42,348 nt of DNA from assembly GCA_964622145.1 (NCBI GenBank), contig CAZUOK010000001.1:1-42348 (forward strand). The letters are read 5' to 3'. The stretch's first letter is position 1, and every line of letters starts with the position of its first letter. The DNA is from Candidatus Woesearchaeota archaeon. Its GTDB lineage: Archaea; Nanobdellota; Nanobdellia; CAYMVK01; CAYYFB01. Positions 17,701-29,700 of this stretch are shown here, one piece after another. The translations under genes and the position numbers were made by a program. The notes below the pieces were generated by a model. The model did no database searches. It saw nothing but the letters and a program-made list of their open reading frames with translations, and was not told the DNA's origin.

Positions 17701-20700
17701 AACATTAAGATAGAGGAAACAAACACAGCGGATACTCCTCACACCTATGAAAATGTTGCATACCTTGTAACAGAGCAATTCGTTTGTGAAAGTGGGAACT
17801 TTAAAATAGCAACGGGGAAGAAGTATCACAGACAGAGTTCTGATGTCTCAGCAACAGCGGGATGGACTTACTACGACCTCCCAAACTTCCCAACAACACC
17901 GGTTGTTGTTGCAAAGATAATGACGGAGAGGGGAGGAGACAACGTCCACGAGAGGATAAAGGATGTTACAACAGATGGATTTAACTACGCTATGGAAGAA
18001 GAATCTGGATACGATGGACCACACATAGAAGAGTGGAATGGGTACATTGCGGTGACTCCTGGACCAATATACGGAGCGAAATTAGAAGATACTTGGCCAA
18101 CAACCACAATAGTTGAGGGTCCAAATGTGATAGCAAAGACCATTGAGGAGATACCCCACTATCTCAAGTCAAATTGCAATCAAAATGATACAGAAATCCT
18201 TGTGAATTTGAAGCAAGTAAGTGAGGGGGAGAATAGGGTTTACATGTACTATGGGAATCCGTACGATAAAGAGATTGAAAACACTGGAGAGGATGCTATC
18301 AATGTGTTTACATATCCATCCCAGTACTGTAGCTATGTCGTCCTTGGAATAGGAGGATCTAGCATGGATATTGTTAGCTATTCTCATAACAACATTATTA
18401 GTATTGGTGGGACAACAATAACGCTGAACAAGGGAGAGTACACAACAGTTTCGGTGTCAAATGGGGATGAAATATGTTCAACAGGTCCTATATCAACCGG
18501 TACACAAAGCACTGGGGATGGTGCACCAGCAGTTCCAAAGACCTGGGCTGGAAAAACATTTGTGGTTGCTGTTACAAGGTACAATCCAGTTTACTTCGAC
18601 ATATACGCCCTTGAGAATGCAACGATAAGGGTCTACAACAGCACGGGAACGGGGTGGACTCTTGTAGAGGAGTTTAGTCTTTCAGAGGGGGAATACATAC
18701 AAAAAAGCTATCCTGGGGGAGACTCGAGAGTAACAACCATAGAAGTATCCTATCTTATAAATTCTACTGGAAATATCTTAGTATTCTACAGAGGGAAGAG
18801 CGATGACTACATGCCACTTACCCCAGCAAACACAGAGCTTTATTTGAATCCAACGCAGTACCTTGTAATAGCAGCAATCTACGACAACACAAATGTAAAT
18901 ATTTACTTCTCGGATGGATCCTCGACAACCGTAACACTAAATGCTGGACAAGGATGGGTTGGAGGTGCATATGGAAGTGATGGAAATGCAAACTCTGTTA
19001 GAATAGTTTCCGACAAGCCGATATTTGCATATCAACAGGCAGATTCTGATGGAACAGAAACCACGCCTGGAGTCTCACCCAAATATATGGACAGGATATT
19101 CTTCTTCCCACAGGATGCTGAATACTTTGTTGCAACAACAAAAACAAACAAAACAACCTACTGTGCCCTGTATGACACAAATGGAACACTTGTCAACGAA
19201 TGGACGGTAACAGCGAGCTATCCGTATCCGGGAAAGATAGGGTATGGAACAGGTCAAGATGGGACGATAAATATAAGGAAGGGCTACAAGTTGGTCTGTA
19301 ATGAAAGCGTAATCGTGATATATGAAGAATCTTCTAACGATGCCGAAACCATACTCTACGGTCCAAGCGCCCATGCAAAGATAATAAACGTTACATACAA
19401 TGACCTTGGGATCGAAGAAGATTACTACGTTAACATTGAAAACAACGGTAATGAGACAATAAGAGGTTATATTTATGCAATAATACAGAGATTTGAGGAT
19501 GGACAGTGGGTGAACGTCCCTCCAGCGATAATAAACGATAGGGCATCTGAAAATCTCAGAGTTATAGGGCCAGGAGAATCCCTAAATCTAACGTATCTTT
19601 GGGAATATTATGGAGCTTGGAACACAAGCTCAAATCCAAATGGAAGGTACAGAGTATACGTAAGGTTCGAAGATGAAAAGGGTAATGTAATAACTGACTG
19701 GTACGGAAACCCACTAGAAGACTACGGATACTTTGAGATAATCCCCGCAGACCTTTCGATAATAAACCTGACACACAAGGCAATGTATGAAAAGGATCTT
19801 GAGGAATACGAGACAAACGATACAATAGACTGGATAAACCTAACAGTAACCTCTCTTGAGAATACTGGTATAGATACAAGGGTTTACCTGACGTTTATAG
19901 ATGAGTCTGGGAAGTATGTTGGATTTGGACCAAATAGTGAGGAAAGGACTTGTGGAACTATTGAGGAGAATAATACCTGCTCTGTTTCGTATGGTCCGGT
20001 AACAATTCCAGAGAACACGGGTAACTTGGTTGTTAGGTTCAAGGTAAATCTAACCGCCCAAAACTCCGGAGGGGCGATCTTTGACACGAGAGGAATAAAC
20101 TTCAGGTATGCTGTTCCATTGGATGTTGAGGAGATATCTGGAAACAATCTTATAAACTATCCTGTAATGCTAATATTGAATGTCTCTGACCTGATAAATA
20201 AGGGGAAGGTTAGGAGTGATCTCGCAGACCTGAGGGTCTTGGATGATAAAAAGAAGGAGGTTCCAAGGCTAATACTGGATTACAACGAAACCCACAAGAT
20301 AATATTCTTCCCGACAAACCTTTCAGCAAACGAGAGAAAAACTTACTACCTTGTCTATGGAAATTCCTCCCTTTCCCAACCGAGCTATCCAGATGTGTAC
20401 ATGTTTGAGTACCTTTCAGGATACGACCAGTGGAAAACAATATCAGATAGCAGGCAGAATCTCATCATAATAGCCTACTTCAACAACACAAAGTTCAAGG
20501 TCGAGGGAGGTATAAATGTGAACGGAACACTAAACGCTGGGGAATTCTACAAGGTTGAGCTACCAACAAACAGCCAATACAGTCCATTGAAGTACATTAT
20601 TAAGACAACAAAGCCGGTAACTGTCATAATTGGAAGTACTGAACTCTCAAGACCAAATGGAGCAACCTATTCATTAGATTACCTCTCAAGACCTTATGGA

Positions 20701-23700
20701 AGGTACTTCCTGACTTGGGGTATGGATGGATCAACTTCAGGAAATCTCACCATATTTGTAACAGAGAATGATACCGTAATAAGTGTAAAGAACATGTCCT
20801 CAGGAAATTATTTGATTCAAAACCAGGTCTACAACTTTGGAGATGTTGTCCACCTCTCGACAAGCCCTCATGTCTTTGAGATAAACTCCTCGAAGCCAGT
20901 GCTTGTAGTAATATCCCAGGATGACGCGTTTACTTCTAGAGATATAGGATACAGAATTCCGAGCTTCAATGGGACCTGGGATGGTACGTACTTCAAGTTT
21001 TATCTAACTTATGCAGGAGGGTTCTACATTGTTAATCCCAACGATCATCCAATAAACTATACCGTTTCAGGTTGCATAACCGGATCTGGGACAGTTGGAC
21101 CGAAGAGTAGTGTCCTTATAACTGGAGGGACTGCTGGAAGCCTTTGTGAGGTCTGGACAACAGAAAGGGCCCTTCTATTCTCAGAGATCTATGCGGACGT
21201 ACAGTATTATATAACTTCTCTCGATGGGGCAACGACGGGGAAGGAGTTTGTGTACAGGGTGGAGGATCCATACCAGGGAGGTAATGTAGTAATTGGGATA
21301 CACGTACTCTTTGATGGGACGGATGTTCAGGATGGTTGTTCGGGGGTCTACTGGACAAATCTGAACAAAGGATGGCACTACTACAGAAATGCTAAGAGCT
21401 CCGGGGAATGTAGGATCATAGCATCAAAGCCCATTGTTGTGTTGCTGATGGTTTCTGAACAAGAACCCTCCTACACTGTCTCCGTACCAGAGTGGCATAT
21501 GGATTGGAAAGAAAAACCAATAATTAGGGTTTACAAGGAAATCTCAACGAGGATATTTGTCCATGACATCCCATCAACATTCTCTTCAACCCCACCAGAG
21601 AGACTCTATCAGAACGGTCCCCCCGTCTACTACAACTTCTCCATGAAGAACCTTTGGAGAGAGAATATAACGAATCTTGCAATAAGGATAAACTGCCCAA
21701 ATCTTCCTGGTCTTACTTGTGAGTGTGTGGACAACCCAGGGCATCCCTACTGTAATGTTGGGAATCTAACTCCAAATCAAGAAATAACGGTCTCTTTCAA
21801 GATAACCGCAACGGAGGACACACCAACAGGGAATTACATTGTAAATGCAACCGTAAGCTATCTCAATCCACTAGGGAACAACAAGACTTGGAGGGAGGTT
21901 GAGCCTCAAACACTTGAGATCAGGACGTATGGGATCATGGAGATAACGGTGTACAGCTACCCTGAGAATGTTACAAGAGGTTCAAATGCAACTTTCAAGG
22001 CTTATGCAAACAACACTGGTGATCAGACAGCTCCCGAGGCTTGGCTTGCTTATTCTGTGTATCCTTCAGGATGGAGTATTGTTGAAGGATCTCGGAATGT
22101 TACAGCAACAAATGTTAGTCCTGGACAAATATTCTGGAACAACGTAACATTTTATGTGTCCCAAAGCTCTTCCCTTGGAGCTCAACAGGTAAAACTAGAA
22201 TCCGGCTCATCCCTTGACCAGAAAGACTTCAAGGTTGTTACAATTTATGTCTACGCAAACACGACACTAAATATCTGGTTAAACGACACGGATGCTAGCA
22301 GAGGGGAGTACGTTGAGGTGTTTGCAAAGCTCATGTATGATAATGGAACACCAGTGAAAGGTCAAAAAATTGAATTCTACGATGAGACGGACAACAGGTT
22401 CTTGGGATCCTCTATAACAAATTCCCAAGGTATAGCAAGTGTTATCTATTATTTAAATGAGTCTGTCTCTCTAGGAACCCACACCATAAACGCGAGTTAT
22501 CCTGGTAACTCAACGCTCTACTTGAACCCATCAGAAAACAGGACAACCCTTGAGGTTGGTCTGAAGCCAACAATACACTGGATAGAAATAGTTCCAAGCA
22601 TAGTTGGGTATGGGAAGAACGTTACCATAAGGGCAAATGTCACGGATGACAAGGGGGTTTCAAATGTAACAGCAGAGATAATATCTCCTGATGGTGAGAA
22701 AGAGACTGTTGTCCTCCAAAACGTTTACAGCACAATTTATGAAAGAGAATACTCTCCGAAGTGGCTGAATGGGACGTACAATGTGACAGTAATTGCGGAG
22801 GATACGAGTGGAAGTATAACAAAGGCTTTCTCCCAATTCCAGGTTGAGATAGAGAGTGAAATACTTGTGGAAACTGAAAAGCAATCTTATTTACCAACCG
22901 AGAATGTAAGATTGAAGAAGAATACTATATTCCCACTGAAATACAAAGTAGAGATAAAAATAAGGAGCAATGAAAGCGTGAACATAACGGAATATCAGAT
23001 TATGATAACCTTCAACAGCTCAAAGTTGATATCTGAAGGAAAGATGAGGGATGATTGTGGGGATCTGAGATTTTCATGGTTAAACAAGTCCTCTGGAGAG
23101 GAGGTTGAAATTCCATATTTCCTCGATTACGGATGTGGGGAAGGTGAGACGGTTGTTTGGGTAAAGGTTCCTTTAGTGTATGCAAACAATGTGACAACGA
23201 TATACATGTATTATGGAAACCCTGCCGTTACAAGCGATAGCAGTGAATTCGATGTGTTTACATTTGAAAAAGAAAATGCAACAACATTCTGGACAGTAAG
23301 CTCAGAGAGTGTTGGTCAAAATCTTGACATACAAGCCTTCCTAAACAACACAAGTGTTATATGGGAAGGAAGCTCTCAAAAGATTCAAAATGGAACATCG
23401 TATCAATTGTCATCTCCTTCATCCCAGACAAGCACACTTTCCCATGACAAACCTATATTTGGAGCGTTTGAGGGAGATACAACAGAGGCTCTGCATCCAA
23501 TCTCCTGGGCTGGAAAGAAGTTTGCATATTATGTTTATAGAGGAACAAACGAATGGCACATCTGTGCTCCATTTGGTGATGCCAAAGTACAGATATACGA
23601 CGGAACCACTCTTCTAGCAACGTATAATATACAGAAAGGGAACTGTATCGTTGCAAACAACGATGTAACGGATGGTAGCGTTGTGATAATAGAATCAAAT

Positions 23701-26700
23701 GAAAGCATACTTGTCCAACATGTGGATACCACAAACAACTACGATTCCAGGATTCTTTATCCCGTTTCCACAAGACTTTACGGAGTCCCATCAGAAAGAT
23801 TTGAAATAGCTGCAATAGAAGATGGGACAACTGTCAACATATACTGTTCGGATGGATACACAAACACCCTGACATTGGATAGGGGACAGGGCTGGGACTA
23901 TGCAATAGGAGGGTCTGAAGGTACTGCCCCAGCATGTGTGATAATATCCAACAAGCCTGTTGGTGCAAACTCGCTTGCAGATTCGGATGGTACAGAAACA
24001 ACAACCTTCCTACCTCTGGAAGAATTGGACAGGTATTACGTCTTCCCACAACCAGTTCAATACGTTGCGGTGGCAGCACCATTTGATGAGACAACCTGTA
24101 CTTTGTACAATCCAGACGGGACGGTCTACGACTCCCAGACAGCGTATGTATCCGGAAACGCTCCCGGAAAGATATACTTCGGTTCCACAACAGATGGAAC
24201 AAATATACAAGCTGGCTCTTACATGATATGTAACAAGCCTGTCTTTGCATACTATGAGTACGCAACCACAAACGATGAAACCCAATTGTTTGGTCCAAAG
24301 GCAAACAGGAAGTACAGCCCAAGGATTTACGTTGAGAGCTTTGGAAATGAAACCCTTGCGGTTAGCCAGGTGATAAACTACAAGAGGATATTTGAGGGAT
24401 ATATAATAGCGGAGGTTGAGAAGAAGATTGGGGAGAGCTGGGTAAGAAAGAGTGTTCTTGTAAACGATACCACAACCGGAACGAGGAGAGAGTTTAATTT
24501 ATCTTTGTTTGATCTTTCAAAAGTCATTCCGGCCTGGAATCCTGAAGGGGAGACAGGAGAGTTTAGGATGAAGATATACGTCACAGATCCAGAAGGGAAC
24601 ATCCTGAACACAACGGATGGGAAATTGATAGGGTATGCTTACTTCAACGTCAGCCAGCCTCCATTGAAATTGAATGTGAGTGAGATCAGGGTTTACGAAA
24701 CTCCTTATGGAGAGCATGGGGGAGGGACGCTTGTTGACAAAGGAATTAACAAGACATTTATACTCGAGTCCGGAAAGGTCTACAGATTTGAGATCGATGT
24801 TGATGTCCTTTCTGATTCCCAGACCTGGAACATAACTGAAGCTAACGTTACTTTTGAAAATCTAAATCAATCCTGGATAATAGATGTCCAGAACGATGTC
24901 TGGTATCTGAACCAAACAGATACTGCGGAAAGGCTTGGAGGACTGTTTACAAACGGTATTTTGAAGTGGAATACAAGCGAGAATGATGGTACCGCGGATA
25001 ACGGGACAAAGGTAACTTTCTACTTCATACTAAATCTTACTGGGGCATCGGAGGAGGAAAGGGGTGTTCTCTTCAGGATTGAGACCCCAACCACAATTGT
25101 AAAGGATTTTGACACATTAAAGATAATAGTACCAGATACAACACCACCAAACCCTGTAATTTATGGGCTAAACACAACTGAGATATTCAGAGGGGAAAGT
25201 GTCTTGGCGTATGCTCAGTGGAATGAAGAGATAAAGAATGCAACAATAGAGTACAATTCTACAACAAAGTTCCTGAACAATTACACAATTCCAGGCCCAT
25301 ATACAAACAACTGGACGAACTATACAATAGAAACAACATCCCTGTGGTTACTTGGAAGACACTACGTAAGGATATACGCATCAGATCTCTCTGACAACTG
25401 GAACAAGACACCCGCAATGTACTTTAAGGTCTACGGGTTAGCTTACGTGAGTTCAATCTCAACAAACAATTCGAATCCCCTGGTAGGAGATACCGTAAAG
25501 ATAACCTGTCTCATCCTGGATGACACAAATGATCAGGGGATAGAGAATTACAATGTGAGCTTCTGGGTAAACAATTCTTATATAGGATCAAATCTGACAA
25601 ATTCGTCTGGATATGCAGAAATAACCTACCAATTCACAAGTCCTGGAAGTTACGAGATAAAGTGTAACATTACGGAAGATTTAGACAGATATTACAAGGT
25701 AGACAATAGGAATGAAAAATCCACAACGGTCTTTGTTAGGGAAACCGAGCCTCCAAAGTGGTGGGAGGTTGTTTACCCAAGTCTCGCACATAAGGGAGAC
25801 ACTGTGAACTTGAGTGTTAGGTGGAAGGACAACTTCGAACTGGATTACGCAATTCTCTCAACGAACGAGTCCGGAACTATGGAGAATGTTAGCTATATGA
25901 AACTGTCTGGGAAGGATGCTTGGGCAAACTTCTCGTATCAGATACCAACCACAATATCTCCTGGGTACATTATTTGGAAACAATACGCAAACGATACCTC
26001 GAACAACTGGAACGTTACAGACGAATACCTCATTGAGGTCTGGGGATGGGCGGAGGTTTCAAATGCGGTTGTGAACCCTTCCAGCATACAGCAGGGTGGA
26101 ACCACAACCATGTACTGTAAGATTGTGGATGCTAATCAAACAACGGTTGGGATTGAAGGGTACAACGTATCCTTCTACCTCGGAAACACACTACTTGGAT
26201 ACAATCTCACAAACTCTTCCGGGTGGGCGGAGTACACATTCACTGTAAACACAGCTGGAACTTACACCGTTAAATGTATCATTGGGGATTACCCAGAGAA
26301 GAAGTACAACGCCAGCAGTAAGAATGAAGGATCTGACACACTTACGGTATCGGCAACAGAAGACATATATCCTCCACAAATTGTAGACAACAACTACGGA
26401 TTGAATGCCACAAAGATCTACAGATACGACGCCATCCTTGTCTATGGACAGTGGAATGAGACAATAGACACCGCATGGGTGGAGTACAACAAAACAAGTT
26501 CTTTGATAACAGAGACCGTCCCCGGACCTTATACAAACAACTGGACAAACCACACGATCGTTACTGATGATGCATGGACACCTGGAGTCCACGTTGTAAA
26601 GCTATACGCAAACGATACCTCCGGTAACATAAACGACACATTACCCTACCTCTCCTTTGAAATGTGGGGAAGAAGCGCGGTTTACTGGGTATCACCAAAT

Positions 26701-29700
26701 GAAACTTACAGAGAGGTCGTTGACCTGGTATGTCAGGTGAAGGATTACGACACCGGAAGTCCGATAAGTGATTATGTTGTAGAATTCTACAACTCCACAA
26801 GCTATTTGGGATCAAACAAGACGGATTCAAATGGATATGCTAGGCTTAGAGTTGATCTCTCAAGCTACACGCCAGGATACAACACATTCTACTGCAAGAT
26901 TGTAAAAGATGATGAGAAATATTATGATCCCGCGGTATCTTCTGTTGGAAAGGATGTTCTTATAAAGGGAAAACTCAATGTGACAATAGTAAATCCTGAG
27001 AATGGAAGCTCTCTTGAAAGAGGGGAGACGTACTGGCTAAACTCAACAACATATGATGAATTTGGCAACAAGGTAACACCTGATTCATCATATTGGTTTG
27101 AGGGGCAAACGGAGATAGGATCCGGAGAGAACATCACATGGACTGTTCCATCGGATCATCCCCTCGGTCCAACAGTTATAAAAGTAAACGTTACAAAACA
27201 ATACTACGATCCCGCTGAGGACAACATAACAGTGTACATCTACGGTCATTCCTCAGTTGTGTGGGTATCACCAGAAGATGGGAGCTATCCATCAGGAAGC
27301 ATCCTGGAATTGATATGTTATGTAAACGACACAGATAGAAATTCTGGGATATCTGGATATCCCGTAAGCTTCTACTACAATGGAACCCTCATAGGGACAT
27401 CTAATACAAACTCAACAGGTTACGCTGTAATATCATGGGATACTTCAGGATTGGATGGAACGTACAATGTAAGTTGTGAAATTGGAAACTACAGTTATTA
27501 TATAGCAAAGAAAACATCAGATTCCACAATGATTGAGGTATACCTTGACACAACACCACCAAACGTCACGATAGTATCTCCAGAGAACAAGAGCTACAAC
27601 ATAAATACAATACCTCTGAATTACACCGTACAAGACGAACACTTGGATTCCTGTTGGTACGAACTTGATGGGACGAATTACTCACTTCCAAATTGTGAGA
27701 ACACAACGCTTACAAACTTACAGGAAGGAAGTCATTATGTAAGGGTCTATGCGAACGATACTGCTGGGAATGTTGGATATTCCGAAGTTTGGTTTACTGT
27801 TGACCTTACAAGTCCCGTAATAACCATAATATCTCCCGAAAACAGAACGTATGGTGAAACAGGAATTTGGATGAATATAACACTAAATGAGGCTGGAAGT
27901 GTGTGTATGTACTCTATAGATGGTGGACAAAACCAAACAATGAACAAGCTTAACGATACTTACTTCTACAGGTTCGCATCTGTTGGAGAGGGAACTCACA
28001 AGGTCAAATTCTTCTGTAACGATACCGCAGGGAACTGGGGGAGTGCCCAAGAATTCTTCACAGTAGATCTAACGGCCCCCACAGTAACACTCTACGAACC
28101 CGAAAACAATAGTGTTCTAGATCAAGGCAATGTAACCTTCAAATGCTATGCAGAAGACAATCTAAAACTCATTAACGTTACTCTATACACAAACAAGTCT
28201 GGATCTTTCTCTCCAGAGCTAACAAACTCGAGCGGGATAAATGGAAATTATACATTCAAACTAACAATGTCAGAAGGATATTATATCTGGAACTGCAAAG
28301 CTTGCGATGATATCAGATGCTCATTTTACTCAGAAAATTGGAGCTTCTATGTGGACTTGAATGCTCCCACTGTTACAGTAGTATCACCGGAAAACAAGAG
28401 TTACAATACGAATACAATACAACTAAATTATAGTGCAAGTGACTTAACCTTGGATTCCTGTTGGTACGAACTTGATGGGACGAATTACTCACTTCCAAAT
28501 TGTGAGAACACAACGCTTACAAACCTTGCGGAGGGATCCCATCATCTAATCGTTTATGCGAATGACAGTTTGGGTAGAGTAGGATATGATGAGGTTTGGT
28601 TTAGAGTTGATTTGACACCTCCAAGCCTTGTTGTTGTCTCTCCAGAGAACAACACAGAGTATGGGACTCCAAACGTCCCACTAGAGTATTCCGTCTCCGA
28701 TAACATAGAGGTGGATACTTGTTGGTACGTCCTTGATGGCGGTCAGCCAACAGTATTGCTAAACTGCCAGAACACAACGCTATCTCTTGACAACGGTCCA
28801 CACAATATAACTGTGTACGTAAACGACACTGCCGGAAACACGAACCAGAGCTTTGTACAATTCACAGTAAACTCAACAGCCCCATACGTAAAGATCCTAC
28901 ATCCTGTTGAGGGGAACTACTACAACAACCAAACCATATGGTTGAACTATACAGTACAGGATACGGATCTTGATTCCTGTTGGTACAGCATAGACGGTGG
29001 AGACAATGTTAGCATTCCAAACTGTCAAAACATAACCATAACGGTCTCCGATGGCTCACACAATGTGAAGGTATATGCAAACGATAGTCTTAATCAGATT
29101 GGATGGGATTCTGTGAACTTCTTCGTTGACACTGTCCCCCCAAGCCTTGTGTTGATATCTCCGGAAAACAAGAGTTATAGTGAGAATACGATATGGATAA
29201 ATTACACCGTGAACGATACAAATCTTGATTACTGTGTTTACGAGCTGGATGGCTCGAACACAACAGTATCTGATTGTAGTAATGTAAGTCTGGAGTTGTC
29301 AGAGGGAAGCCACTACGTAAGGGTGTTTGCATTCGATAAAGCAGGGAACTACAACGTAACCTCAAAGGTCTGGTTCACAGTTGACACAACACCACCAAAC
29401 GTCACGATAGTATCTCCAGAGAACAAGACGTACACTGTGAACGATATCCCACTAAACTACACGGTATCTGATAACTTCGAGATATCCATGTGCTGGTATG
29501 TCCTGGACTCCCAGGAGGAGGTCTATCTACAAGGCTGTCAGAACACAACATTAACGAATGTTCCTGATGGGAGTCATAGGATAAGGGTCTATGCGAATGA
29601 CTCTGCTGGGAATGTTGGATACTCTGAGGTTTGGTTTACTGTTGACACAAGGGGTCCGAACATATATTTCGTCCCACCAACCCCAGGAGATAACCAAGCT

